From a candidate division FCPU426 bacterium (GTDB taxonomy: Bacteria; Oederibacteriota; Muellerivitia; Muellerivitales; Muellerivitaceae): a stretch of 64,000 bases of DNA. The notes beneath the pieces are model-generated. The model was not told the DNA's origin, did no database searches, and worked only from the letters and a program-made list of their open reading frames with translations. The DNA is taken from the NCBI GenBank assembly GCA_963771075.1, contig CAVYSE010000002.1:1-64000 (forward strand), given 5' to 3'. The position numbers were made by a program, and so were the translations under genes. Of this stretch, positions 48,323-58,086 are shown piece by piece (position 1 is the first letter of the stretch; each line of letters opens with the position of its first letter).

Positions 48323-49349
48323 AACATAGGGGCCAGGCCTACATTTTACACTTTATAAGCTTCTTGGCGAACGCCCGGTCTCTTGCCATCTTCGCCTTGA
48401 TCCTCGCCCATTGGTTCCCCACCGCCGAAAACCCTACCCCCATCCTTTTCCCGATCTCTTTTAAGCTCAATCCCGATTCTTTTTTCAACAAGTAAATCGC
48501 CACTTCCCTCGCTTCACGCCTTCTCCCGCCTGATTTAAGTATCTCTTCCGGCTTTTCCCCATACACTTCACCGATCTTCTCCAATACCTTTGCCGGTTCC
48601 TTTTTCACCACATGCTTCTGGTACTTGGGCACATCCAGGTTTCGGTGTTTTCGACCTACCTCATGCACCTTGCCCAAAAACTCTTCTTTTCCCAGGTAAA
48701 CCTGTGAAGAAAGCTCGTCCCAAGGCGATTCTTTCTTGCCCATCCCCTCCGCCACAAAACGCTTATAGCTGTCTTGGGCCTGCTTTTCCGTTTTTCCGAA
48801 CTGCCCCAAGATCCAGTCCCTTTCCAGCCAGGTTTCGGCTTTGTCCATCCCAGCCGTCCCCCGGTAACTGCTCCATTTCCAATCCCCAGGCTTCTTGACC
48901 ATTCGCGCCCTTACTGGGTTTAACACCACATACCGGCACAACTCTTTCAAATAGCTTTCCTTCTCCACCACAATCGCCTTGAACCGCCCTTGAAAAAGAT
49001 GGCCTGAACGGTAATGTTTCTTGTTGAACCGCTGGGTGTAAATCGCATTCAGGTGCTTCATGGCCAAGGATAGGTTGGCTTCAGGAGTTTCCAGTAGGAG
49101 GTGGTAATGGTTATCCATCAGCACCCAGGCATGGCAAACCACCTGGTTCTCCTCGATCATTTCACCCAATATTCTTATAAACATCCACCGGTCGGCGTCA
49201 TCCATGACGATTTTTCGCCGCTCATTCCCCCGGGAAGTAACGTGGTACACGGCCCCTTCATAGTGTATCCGTTTGGGTCTTGGCATGGAGACATCTTACA
49301 ACCTACGATGCCCCTGTAAAGTGTAATATGTAGGCCTGGCCCCTTTGTT
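48323..49349 (-). mobile_element. RAYT-type element bounded by 33-bp inverted repeats
   Basis: AACATAGGGGCCAGGCCTACATTTTACACTTTA (48323-48355) vs TAAAGTGTAATATGTAGGCCTGGCCCCTTTGTT (49317-49349), 2 mismatches. Confidence 0.8.
48339..49286 (-). CDS. REP-associated tyrosine (Y1/HUH) transposase with C-terminal DnaA-like HTH
   Basis: YHVTSRGN, LMDNHYHLL (HUH), GHLFQGRF, RYVVLNPVRA, WKWSSY; C-terminal SLKEIGKRMG. Confidence 0.92.
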   Translation of the reverse strand: MPRPKRIHYEGAVYHVTSRGNERRKIVMDDADRWMFIRILGEMIEENQVVCHAWVLMDNHYHLLLETPEANLSLAMKHLNAIYTQRFNKKHYRSGHLFQGRFKAIVVEKESYLKELCRYVVLNPVRARMVKKPGDWKWSSYRGTAGMDKAETWLERDWILGQFGKTEKQAQDSYKRFVAEGMGKKESPWDELSSQVYLGKEEFLGKVHEVGRKHRNLDVPKYQKHVVKKEPAKVLEKIGEVYGEKPEEILKSGGRRREAREVAIYLLKKESGLSLKEIGKRMGVGFSAVGNQWARIKAKMARDRAFAKKLIKCKM

Positions 49350-49694
49350 TTTGTTCAGCGGTGACAAATTAATTGTAAATTCTTTAATGTTAATCGGAGG
49401 AACTGCCAATTATTGTGCAGTTTTTTAAAAGAATGTAGATTTTACATACCAAACTAAATCTTGGTTTTCCCTGGGTTTCTAATCTTCCCAGAAATCACAA
49501 CAATGCATCCAGAAGGGTTAAGGAATGGGGCGGGCAGCCAGGAATGTAAAGATTCACTGGCACGGTAGGGGCAGCGCCACCCAACAGCTGGGGATTCTTC
49601 AGAAATGGCCCCCGATAAATAAACCAAGTTGCGGGGGCCTACAAAACTAAAGGGCCAGCTTGGCCCTTTTTCTTTATTGGAATGCCGCGGATTC

Positions 49695-49724
49695 AGCCCG
49701 TGCGAAATCGCACGGGCTTTTTTT
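49695..49724. terminator. Terminator-like hairpin
   Basis: GCCCGTGCG-AAAT-CGCACGGGC followed by a T-run. Confidence 0.65.
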
Positions 49725-49876
49725 TATGAGGGGGTGGCGACCTTAGTCTTGGGCGCCATGGACTTCGCCATGTACTCCACCAGGGCCGAACCAGTCAAAT
49801 GGCGGGTCTGCTTGCGTTCGATGCGCTTCACGGAAAAAGTCGTCTTGGGTTTTTTGGGCCCTTTCTTCTTCGTCAT
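49724..49876 (-). CDS. Small basic hypothetical protein (50 aa)
   Basis: MTKKKGPKKPK...; GGGAG RBS. Confidence 0.5.
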   Translation of the reverse strand: MTKKKGPKKPKTTFSVKRIERKQTRHLTGSALVEYMAKSMAPKTKVATPS

Positions 49877-50078
49877 GACATGCTCCCAACCGACGGCTTC
49901 TTGCTTTATTTTTAAGTGGCCGGTTGCCCTCAAGGGGTTTCAGCGGCCCATCCTAGGCTTATTACCACCCAATAGATACCACGCTGGAATAATAGGTGTG
50001 CCGTTCTGTTTTGTGAGGAAGATCCCATCGACAAATTGGATACCCGGAGCAAGAAAGAGTCCGGACAGGCCCCCGTCC

Positions 50079-51389
50079 CTATCCGATTTTCGAGAAAACC
50101 AGGCAGCCGTTGGTGCCGCCGAACCCGAAACTGTTGGAAAGCGCGTGATCCAGGGCGGCCTTCCGCGCCTTCCGGGAGACAAAGTCCAGGCCCTGGCCCT
50201 CGCAGGCCGGGTCCAGGTTTTCCAAATTGGCCGTGGGGGGAATCACCTGATCCCTCAGGCTCAGGAGCGAGAAAAGGGCCTCGGTGGCCCCCGCCGCCCC
50301 CAGCATGTGGCCCGTCATGGATTTGGTGGACGACACCGCCACGGGGATTTTCCGGTTTCCGCCCAAAACCCGGGCGATGGCCGTGGTTTCCTCCAGGTCC
50401 CCTGAGGGCGTGGAAGTGGCGTGGGCGTTGACGTAGCCGATTTGGCCGGGCTGAAGACCCGCGTCCTCGAGCGCCAGGGCCATGGCGCGGCCCGCGCCCT
50501 CGCCTCCGGGCGAAGGATTGGTCAGGTGGTGGGCGTCCGAGGTGGCCCCATAGCCCGTCAGTTCCCCGTAGATCCTGGCGCCCCGGACCTTCGCGCTCTC
50601 GAATTCCTCAAGCACCAAAACCGTGGCGCCCTCGCCCATCACGAACCCGTCGCGGTCCTTGTCGAAGGGGCGGGAGGCGGCGGCCGGGTCCCCGTTGCGC
50701 TGGGAAAGGGCCCGCATGGCGTTAAAGCCCCCGATCCCCAGTTCGCAAATCACCCCCTCGGCCCCGCCCGCGAGCATCACATCGGCCTCGCCCCGTGCGA
50801 TGAGCCGGAAGGCTTCGCCGATGGAATGGGTGCTGGAAGCGCAGGCCGTCACGTTGCAATGGTTGGGCCCCTTCAGGTTGAGCAGGAGGCTCAACTCGCC
50901 CGAGGGAATGTTGCTGATGACCTGCAGGGCGAAAAAGGGCGTGATGCGGCGGTAGCCTTTTTCCTTGAATTCATCGTAGACCGCCTGGATCTCGGGAAGC
51001 CCGCCCAACCCCACGCCGATGTTGACACCCATGCGTTCGGCGGGGATTTTTCCCCGGAAAGCGTCCAGGCCCGAATCCACGTAAGCCTGGATGCCGGCGT
51101 AGACGGCGAATTGGCCGTAGCGGCCGAAGCGGCGCAAATCCTTGGGAAGGATAGCCTGGGTCAGGAGTTCTTTTTCCGGAAAGGGTCTCAGGGGTTGGTC
51201 CAAGGCGCGGGTCACGTCAAAATCCCTCACCTCGGCCGCGATCCGCACCGGGCTGGAAGCGGCGTCAAAAAGGGTGATGGGCCCCACGCCGGACTCGCCT
51301 TCCAACACCTTTTCCCAGCTTCCCTCCACCGTGTTTCCCAGGGGATTGGTGGTTCCCAACCCCGTGATCACGACCCTTCGCCTTGCCAT
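50079..51389 (-). CDS. fabF: 3-oxoacyl-ACP synthase II
   Basis: VVITGLG, TACASS, NAHATST, KSMTGHMLGAAG, SNSFGFGG. Confidence 0.96.
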   Translation of the reverse strand: MARRRVVITGLGTTNPLGNTVEGSWEKVLEGESGVGPITLFDAASSPVRIAAEVRDFDVTRALDQPLRPFPEKELLTQAILPKDLRRFGRYGQFAVYAGIQAYVDSGLDAFRGKIPAERMGVNIGVGLGGLPEIQAVYDEFKEKGYRRITPFFALQVISNIPSGELSLLLNLKGPNHCNVTACASSTHSIGEAFRLIARGEADVMLAGGAEGVICELGIGGFNAMRALSQRNGDPAAASRPFDKDRDGFVMGEGATVLVLEEFESAKVRGARIYGELTGYGATSDAHHLTNPSPGGEGAGRAMALALEDAGLQPGQIGYVNAHATSTPSGDLEETTAIARVLGGNRKIPVAVSSTKSMTGHMLGAAGATEALFSLLSLRDQVIPPTANLENLDPACEGQGLDFVSRKARKAALDHALSNSFGFGGTNGCLVFSKIG

Positions 51390-51739
51390 AGCCAGCCTTT
51401 CCGGGGGTTCATCCCCCGCGAGATTGTAATGAACCCGGGAACGTTTTAGGGGATGTTGATGCTAAAAACCAGTAACAAAACCTTTTTTTCCACCAAAACA
51501 CCAAGCCATCAACTAAGACTTGGTCAAAAACTCCTAAAAATTATCTTTTTGCCCTTCTCGGTGCCATCGTGACGGGGTTGTGAATTATTTTATGACAACC
51601 TCACCAAACAATCCCAGGGGGTCCGAAACCATGACAAGGACAAATAATTTCCACTTGATGGTTCGCAAGAAAAGCGGGGCTGCAGGATGGAATCCCCATC
51701 CGGTTTCTAAATATACTGATCCCCGGCCGAAAATCCCCG

Positions 51740-52018
51740 TTGATGCGGGTGAATCGAGGAAACGCATTGAACCGTCCGCCCCCCCCACACAACTTGATCT
51801 TCTGGCTGAAGAAAATCAGCAAAACCAGGAACATGGACGAGTTGAACGAGATCGGAAACGCCATCACCCGGCAGATCAGCCTAAGGTTTCCCACCGCGAT
51901 CGATATCGATTTGTCGGAGGAGGCCATCGTCGCGCTTTGGAATTCTTTCAAGGAAAAAAGAATCCACTTTATGGTGGATTCGCCCTACCAAAAATACGTC
52001 GGCCAGATGGGGCCCTGA
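51740..52018 (+). CDS. Small hypothetical protein
   Basis: 92 aa ORF; start uncertain. Confidence 0.4.
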   Translation: MMRVNRGNALNRPPPPHNLIFWLKKISKTRNMDELNEIGNAITRQISLRFPTAIDIDLSEEAIVALWNSFKEKRIHFMVDSPYQKYVGQMGP

Positions 52019-52107
52019 TTTTACCTGCGGTGAGCCCGTCGAACCCCTCGAAGGGGTCCCCGCCTGCCAGGAATTGAGGCAGGCTGTTTCCCTGTTACAA
52101 TGGCGGC

Positions 52108-52776
52108 ATGGTTCGACAAAAAGCAATCGTCTCCTGGTCCAGCGGGAAAGACAGCGCCTGGGCGCTTCATCAAGCAAGGCTTGATCCCGGTTTGGAGGTC
52201 GTCGGGCTCCTCACGACGGTCACCCAAGACTTCCACCGGGTCTCCATGCACGGGGTTCGGGAGGAACTGTTGGAAGCCCAGGCGCGTTCGCTGGGCCTCC
52301 CCCTGGTCAAAGTCCCAATCCCCTACCCCTGCCCGAACGAAACATATGAAGCGGCCATGTCCACAGCCCTGAGTAAGGCCCGTGAGAATGGCGTGACGCG
52401 CATTGTCTTCGGCGACCTTTACTTGGGGGACGTCCGAAAATATAGGGAAGCAAAACTGGAAGGGTCCGGCTTCGAAGGCGTTTGGCCCCTTTGGCTCAAG
52501 GACACCCGGACCCTCTCCCGCCAGATGGTGGAAGCGGGCCTCAAGGCCACGGTTGCGTGCCTGGACCCCAAACACCTGTCCCGATCCTTCGCGGGGCGCG
52601 AATACGACGTCCGACTGCTTCAAGACCTTCCCAGGGAAGTGGACCCCTGCGCGGAAAACGGCGAATTCCACACCTTCGCCTGGGGCGGGCCCATGTTCTC
52701 AAAACCCGTTTCTTTTCGGGTCGGGGAAACCGTCGAGCGGGACGGGTTTGTCTTCACGGATTTATTACCCGCTTAA
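52108..52776 (+). CDS. PP-loop ATP-binding protein (MJ0570/diphthine-ammonia ligase-like)
   Basis: SWSSGKDS, FGDLYL, DPCAENGEFHTF. Confidence 0.93.
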   Translation: MVRQKAIVSWSSGKDSAWALHQARLDPGLEVVGLLTTVTQDFHRVSMHGVREELLEAQARSLGLPLVKVPIPYPCPNETYEAAMSTALSKARENGVTRIVFGDLYLGDVRKYREAKLEGSGFEGVWPLWLKDTRTLSRQMVEAGLKATVACLDPKHLSRSFAGREYDVRLLQDLPREVDPCAENGEFHTFAWGGPMFSKPVSFRVGETVERDGFVFTDLLPA

Positions 52777-52804
52777 ATACTTGATCTCATGAATTCTAAC
52801 AATT

Positions 52805-54781
52805 GCAGAGTAGAGCGCTGGCGCGTATGCCTTAGAGTACGGTGGCGAATCCAACCCTTTCGGATTGGGCCTCAGTCCGGCTCTCATCACCACGTTTCCA
52901 GCGCCCCCTCATCAAACCGTACGTGACCTTTTCGATCATACGGCTTTCCGACAACCTTTCAACCGGCAGCATTCAAGGCAAAAGCTGGAATCCAGTTCAA
53001 ACCAAGGCGTTTCACTTCCTCGATCGACCATGTTCGTCCTTCCCAGGCGTACTTATGCCTCCGAAACAAAGTCAGCCTTTCGAGTACGTAAAATTGAAGC
53101 TTGGAAAAGTATGGCTGGCTGTCCCCAATTCGGAAATAGTTGGCCCACCCCCTTAACACCGGGTTCAAAGCCTTCGCTACATCCTCCATTGGAGATAAGA
53201 GCCGCTCTCGGCCCGCCGTCATCTGCTTCACTTTCTCGGCGATTTTCTTCATGGCCTTCCGGCTCGGCCAGCTCAGGCAACAGGTCTTACCCAATCCTAC
53301 CACCGGCATACCTACTCGAAAGTGGAACCCAAGGAAGTCAAACCCTTCCTTCCCAGGCCCCATTTCCACCAGCCGTGTCTTTTCGGGGTGCAGTTCAAGC
53401 CCTAGTCGTCCCATCAATTCCTTGATGACTTCCAGGCTCTTTTCCGCATGGGCTTGGCTTCCGCACAACACCACAAAATCGTCGGCGTAGCGCACCAGCC
53501 TACCCAGTTTCCTGTGCCTCTTATTCCAAACCTTGTCCAGCAAGTGAAGGTAAACATTGGATAACAGCGGTGAGATCACCCCGCCTTGCGGTGTCCCTCG
53601 GAGAGTCGGCGTAAGCCTTCCTTCCTCAAACACACCCGCCTTCAGCCACCCTCGGATCAGTTTCAAAACCTTCCGGTCACTGATCCTCTGGCGCACCAGC
53701 ACCATCAGTTTGTCGTGGTCGATGGAATCGAAATACTTCCGAATATCTCCATCCACCACCCATCTGTACCCGCCATTGATCCACTTCTTGATCTCCCGGT
53801 GGGCCTGCTGGGCTCCGCGTTTTGGCCGAAATCCAAACGAGCCTTCCAGAAAGTCCGCCTCAAAGATGGGTTCCACCACCTTCCGGCAAGCCGCTTGAAC
53901 TACCCGATCCCGAATTACCGGGATTCCCAACGGTCTCTTGCTTCCATCAGGCTTGGGTATTTCCACTCGTCTCACAGGTTTAGGCAGATACTTCCCAGCT
54001 TTGAGTTCTTCCTGGATGCCCTTCAGGAATGGAATAATTCCCACCTTCTCTTCGATCCATTCCAGCGTTTCCCCGTCCACTCCTCCTTGGCCTTTATTAG
54101 CCTTCACCTGTTTCCATGCCGCTGTCAGGACATCCCATCGGGTCATCCTGTCATGCAGTACATGAAATCTCCGGCTTGGGCTCCTCTTGGCCGCTCGGTA
54201 TAGCGCCCTTTGAAGGGTTCGCGCCTTGTCTTCGGAGTTGTTGGCCCTTTGGGGCATGCTCCAGCGCCTCCCTTTTGAAGGTTGCTTGGTTGAAGCAGGG
54301 GTCCTTCCCTCCAGGTGGTTTTGTTGTCCACCCTTCACAGGTATTGTGACCCCCTCCGACTTCCTCCCGCCCTTGCCCCTTTTCGGTTTTAGCCTTATAG
54401 CGGCAAGTCTTTTGGCGGGTAGGATCTCCCAGGTTGCTTGCAAAGCCTTTCCAGCATTCCGTTCCCCATACGCCGGAGGACTTGCCCCGCTTGCTCCAGA
54501 TTCTTCAGCGGGATCGTGGCCTTCGCCGGTAGACACGCGGCTCGGCATCCTCTTGCACCTTTCGGTGTCCCATTCACGACGCGGCAGGATTCACTTGATG
54601 TTGCGGACTGCTAGATTGTTCCCTCACTGAATGAGGTTTATGACCCCGTTTCGGGCAGAACCTCTCGGTCCTACGCCGGGGGCTGACTTCCAGGCTCTCT
54701 GGCGATTACCTGGTCAGGATTTGGGCTGGCCCTCTTCGGCCTACTCCCTCACCTGCTGGCTCTACAAACCTTCGCTGGCAC
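52805..54781 (-). mobile_element. Group II intron (RT-encoding) inserted next to array site 1
   Basis: 5' GTGCC; domain V AGCCGTATGATCGAAAAGGTCACGTACGGTTT; 3' ...CTCTACTCTGC; boundaries defined by identity with the second copy (3' end uncertain by 1 nt). Confidence 0.92.
52959..54257 (-). CDS. ltrA: Group II intron reverse transcriptase/maturase, no endonuclease domain
   Basis: IPKPDGSKRPLGIP, SFGFRP, GTPQGGVISPLLSN, RYADD, FDFLG, LRGWANYF; ATG at 54257. Confidence 0.96.
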   Translation of the reverse strand: MPQRANNSEDKARTLQRALYRAAKRSPSRRFHVLHDRMTRWDVLTAAWKQVKANKGQGGVDGETLEWIEEKVGIIPFLKGIQEELKAGKYLPKPVRRVEIPKPDGSKRPLGIPVIRDRVVQAACRKVVEPIFEADFLEGSFGFRPKRGAQQAHREIKKWINGGYRWVVDGDIRKYFDSIDHDKLMVLVRQRISDRKVLKLIRGWLKAGVFEEGRLTPTLRGTPQGGVISPLLSNVYLHLLDKVWNKRHRKLGRLVRYADDFVVLCGSQAHAEKSLEVIKELMGRLGLELHPEKTRLVEMGPGKEGFDFLGFHFRVGMPVVGLGKTCCLSWPSRKAMKKIAEKVKQMTAGRERLLSPMEDVAKALNPVLRGWANYFRIGDSQPYFSKLQFYVLERLTLFRRHKYAWEGRTWSIEEVKRLGLNWIPAFALNAAG

Positions 54782-54783
54782 GA

Positions 54784-54811
54784 TGTCCACGATGGGTCCC
54801 TATCGTGGCCT
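54784..54811 (+). repeat. 28-bp array site 1
   Basis: TGTCCACGATG GGTCCC TATCGTGGCCT. Confidence 0.9.
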
Positions 54812-54819
54812 TATACATA

Positions 54820-55089
54820 TCATTCAAATAAATCCGAATGTGTTCCGGTTCTTTCAAAAATGATTTCGCTACCCGAGAGCTTGTAAATCAAAAGCCAATC
54901 AGGCTCCAAATGGCACTCCCAGCGATCCTTGTAGTTCCCTGAGAGTTTATGATTCCGAAATCGAGGTTCTAAAACGCTCTGAGATATCAAACAACTGGCG
55001 ACATCCTTGAACTTTTCGACAAGTTTGCCACGCCGAATCATCAATTTAAGATCTTTCTGAAATTGGTTGGTGTAGGAAGGGATAAGCAT
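54820..55089 (-). CDS. yafQ: YafQ-family toxin
   Basis: FQKDLK...NHKLSGNY...ECHLEPDWLLIY...RTGTHSDLF. Confidence 0.93.
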   Translation of the reverse strand: MLIPSYTNQFQKDLKLMIRRGKLVEKFKDVASCLISQSVLEPRFRNHKLSGNYKDRWECHLEPDWLLIYKLSGSEIIFERTGTHSDLFE

Positions 55090-55349
55090 CAGATGCCGAG
55101 TTTATTGAACATGTCCTCGGCATTCTTAGTTCGGACCAGATGCCGGCCTTTATCCGTAGACTTGAAAACGGCCTTCGTTTTCGCATTCGGTAGGGTGACA
55201 TCGAAAGGCAGCCCGCGCCTCAAAAGGATTTGACTGTAATAAATCGAGATGGCCTGGCTGGCTGTAAGCCCCAATTGGTGTAACAACTTTTCCGTATCGG
55301 CCTTCAAATGCGGTTCTAACCGCGCGCGGACTGTCGCTTCTTTTGCCAT
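55089..55349 (-). CDS. dinJ: RelB/DinJ-family antitoxin
   Basis: TVRARLEPHLK...LGLTASQAI...GLPFDV.LPN; start/stop overlap with yafQ. Confidence 0.92.
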   Translation of the reverse strand: MAKEATVRARLEPHLKADTEKLLHQLGLTASQAISIYYSQILLRRGLPFDVTLPNAKTKAVFKSTDKGRHLVRTKNAEDMFNKLGI

Positions 55350-55416
55350 ATAGATCCCCCTTTAAGGAACTAAAGGAAGTGTAGCTCGTTTGGGCTACAT
55401 TTACAAGCCACTTCAT

Positions 55417-55444
55417 TGTTCACGATGGGTCCCCGTCGTGGACA
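55417..55444 (+). repeat. 28-bp array site 2
   Basis: TGTTCACGATG GGTCCC CGTCGTGGACA. Confidence 0.92.
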
Positions 55445-55651
55445 ATTTCAATTATGATTGCGGCCATAGTATTGCAAGTAGCCGTATCCGATCTGCCCCC
55501 TTCATTGGCCTTAAAAGGGTTTGACCAGGCCCTGCATGTGCACCAACAATATTCGAGAATGGAGTTTTCTTGCGTGACTCTGCCCGCCTAGCCCCTTCTT
55601 TAGCGGCTCAGTAACGCGTTTCAAACAACGGGCCTTTTCAAAATTCCAACC

Positions 55652-56665
55652 TTATTTCCCGATCACCTCGACTTGAATCTCAAATACCTTATGTTGCCTC
55701 TCGTTTCTCCAATTGGTTTCCCAAACCGCCACGGTACTCTTCCCCGGTTTCACGGCCTTCAGCCGGTCGAAGTAATATCCTCTGCTAATCCGCACAGACG
55801 ACCCTGTGTATTTCTCGGCCGTTGTTTCCGCCACCGATTTCCCCTGAATCGTCAATTTATAAAAAGGCCCCCTATTGCTGCCGGATCGACCTTCCCGCAG
55901 GAAAAAAACGTCGTTCAGGGCCACTTTGTTCACCGGATAAAAATTAAATTCCGTTCGGGCTATGCGTGTATTACCTGAACCATCCACTGCGTCGACCTCA
56001 AGGATGTTTTTACCGGGTGAAGGAGCCGTTTCGATCGAACCGCTCAAGTGAAAAGCATCCGGACCCTCGGGGGAACATTTCGGATCGACCGGGAGACCAT
56101 TGATTAAGACCCGTACACTGGAGGGGACCAAGTAATACCCATCCCAAAGGACCGGGTCGATTTTGGGGGCGAACAAACCTTCTTGGTCATCCGGCGGTCC
56201 AACAATGAAAACCGCCGACAGGGGCCGGTAATCGAATGAAGTTTCAGCCGACCACTCGCCTACACGGATTTTCACTTTCTTGGTACCGGGTGCTCCGGGA
56301 TAAATATTAAAATAAAATTCATAATCTCTCAGTTGCCCCGCTTGGCTGTCACCCCGGCCCCCGAGCCTAAACTCCGCTTTATTACCGTTGATCCACAACT
56401 TGGCCTCACCCCGCGATAGGAGGTCCATTATTTCGCCGTCTGTCTTGTAGTCGTCTTTGGGCAAGGGCACGATGAACCTTAGGGTGGCGGTGCCTGCGTT
56501 TATCGGGTTTAAGTAATTCCAGTCCGAGGCAGAACTTGGGTTCGGCAAAGATACTTCGATCCGCGGTTTGGACATATCCAAGTTTGCGCCGAAACATATG
56601 GTTGCGATCAGCATTCCCAAAAAAAGGACGACATTAGCCACTACATTGAAAACCGTGCTTTTCAT
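55652..56665 (-). CDS. Secreted/exported hypothetical protein with Ig-like domains
   Basis: N-terminal hydrophobic signal; GKNILEVDAVDGSGN. Confidence 0.75.
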   Translation of the reverse strand: MKSTVFNVVANVVLFLGMLIATICFGANLDMSKPRIEVSLPNPSSASDWNYLNPINAGTATLRFIVPLPKDDYKTDGEIMDLLSRGEAKLWINGNKAEFRLGGRGDSQAGQLRDYEFYFNIYPGAPGTKKVKIRVGEWSAETSFDYRPLSAVFIVGPPDDQEGLFAPKIDPVLWDGYYLVPSSVRVLINGLPVDPKCSPEGPDAFHLSGSIETAPSPGKNILEVDAVDGSGNTRIARTEFNFYPVNKVALNDVFFLREGRSGSNRGPFYKLTIQGKSVAETTAEKYTGSSVRISRGYYFDRLKAVKPGKSTVAVWETNWRNERQHKVFEIQVEVIGK

Positions 56666-56718
56666 AGACCTTCCCCATTGTTTTTCCCATTTATTAAGTC
56701 ACACCCTATGCGTTTACC

Positions 56719-56746
56719 TGTCCACAAAGGGTCCCCGTCGTGGACA
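56719..56746 (+). repeat. 28-bp array site 3
   Basis: TGTCCACAAAG GGTCCC CGTCGTGGACA. Confidence 0.92.
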
Positions 56747-56786
56747 AAAAACCGAAGACCAGTAGTACCCCCGCCTATTTTTTACC

Positions 56787-57197
56787 CTAAGTCCTTTTCT
56801 TTTTTAACCAAACCCCAAAAAAACATCCAATCGTCCAGGGTGTAATTACAAGAAACAACCAAAATAAAAAGAAATATAAAATACCGTCGCTAAACATTCC
56901 GCTGAGGGCAATAGCCCAAAAAATGATGCTGATAAAAATCAACGGCCAAATAAATTTTCGAACATCCAAACCAATTCTAGAACTCTGGAGAGTACCAGCC
57001 AGAAACATAGAAATAAAAGGGCCAAAAAATAACTCAATGTATAACCAAAGCGGAAAAGGTCGTCCGTGAGAATAAGGAAGATACTTCTCTAATATATCTT
57101 GTAAAAGATTTGCTATCAGAACAACAGCTATAAAAGAACCCAAGACAGTTCCAATGAAAATAGGCACTGTGTTAATAATTTCTTTACGATTATTCAA
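56787..57197 (-). CDS. 4-TM membrane protein
   Basis: Four hydrophobic segments; AT-rich. Confidence 0.7.
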   Translation of the reverse strand: MNNRKEIINTVPIFIGTVLGSFIAVVLIANLLQDILEKYLPYSHGRPFPLWLYIELFFGPFISMFLAGTLQSSRIGLDVRKFIWPLIFISIIFWAIALSGMFSDGILYFFLFWLFLVITPWTIGCFFGVWLKKKRT

Positions 57198-57252
57198 AAT
57201 TTATTCCTCTTGCGAAGGGCGTAACTTATTAGATTTCAATACAAGAAATCAT

Positions 57253-58048
57253 GCAGAGTAGAGCACTGGCGCGGTGGTGTACAGGTCGGCCCTTGGCTGT
57301 ATCCGCCGTTTCCGGCTTCGTGCCCGTTTAGGGACTCCCATCACTTCGTTTCCAGCGCCCCCTCGTCAAACCGTACGTGACCTTTTCGATCATACGGCTT
57401 TCCGACAACCTTTCCTCCGGCGGCTTTACAGGTTCGACTTCCCCCTTGGCCACTCGGTATAGTGCCTGTTATCGATGGTCCCGCGCTTTGGTACTACAGA
57501 GTTGTTGGCCCTTTTGGGGCATGCTCCAGCGCCTACCTTCTTTGAGACACATGGTTGAAGCAGGGGTCCTTCCCTCAGGGTGGTTTTGTTGTCCACCCCT
57601 TCATCGGTACTGTGACCCCCTCCGACTTCCTCCCACCCTTGCCTCTTTTCGGTTTTAGCCTTATAGCGGCAAGTCTTTTGGCGGGTAGGATCTCCCAGCT
57701 TGCTTGCATAGCCTTTCCAACATTCCGTTCCCCATACTCCGGAGGACTTGCCCCGCTTGCTACCAGATTCTTCAGCGGGATCGTGGCCTTCGCCAGTAGA
57801 CACGCGGCTCGGCATCCCCTTGCACCTTTCGGTGTCCCATTCACGAAGCGGCAGGATTCACTTGATGTTGCGGACTGCTGGATTGTTCCCTCACTAAATG
57901 AGGTTTATGACCCCGTTTCGGGCAGAACCTCTCGGTCCTACGCCGGGGGCTGACTTCCAGGCTCTCTGGCGATTACCTGGTCAGGATTTGGGCTGGCCCT
58001 CTTCGGCCTACTCCCTCACCTGCTGGCTCTACAAACCTTCGCTGGCAC
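57253..58048 (-). mobile_element. ORF-less group II intron (~796 nt) inserted next to array site 4
   Basis: Near-identical domains I-III and V to 52805-54781; domain IV reduced to a short remnant; same junction (+ strand GGCAC|GATGTCCACGATGGGTCCC). Confidence 0.92.
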
Positions 58049-58050
58049 GA

Positions 58051-58078
58051 TGTCCACGATGGGTCCCCATCGTGGACA
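58051..58078 (+). repeat. 28-bp array site 4 (perfect arms)
   Basis: TGTCCACGATG GGTCCC CATCGTGGACA. Confidence 0.93.
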
Positions 58079-58086
58079 CCCTAGGT

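Noticed and set aside
49500..49680. ncRNA or small ORF next to the RAYT element
   Set aside because: Only a 30-codon frame and terminator-like hairpins; no recognisable family.
54258..54548. 97-aa N-terminal extension of the RT, and ORFs 57426-57815, 54631-54831, 57898-58173
   Set aside because: They lie within intron ribozyme domains; the real start is most likely the ATG at 54257.
52959..58048. Diversity-generating retroelement (RT plus near-identical repeat pair)
   Set aside because: The duplicated segment is group II intron RNA (domains I-III, V), differences are not adenine-specific, and the RT has YADD plus a maturase domain.
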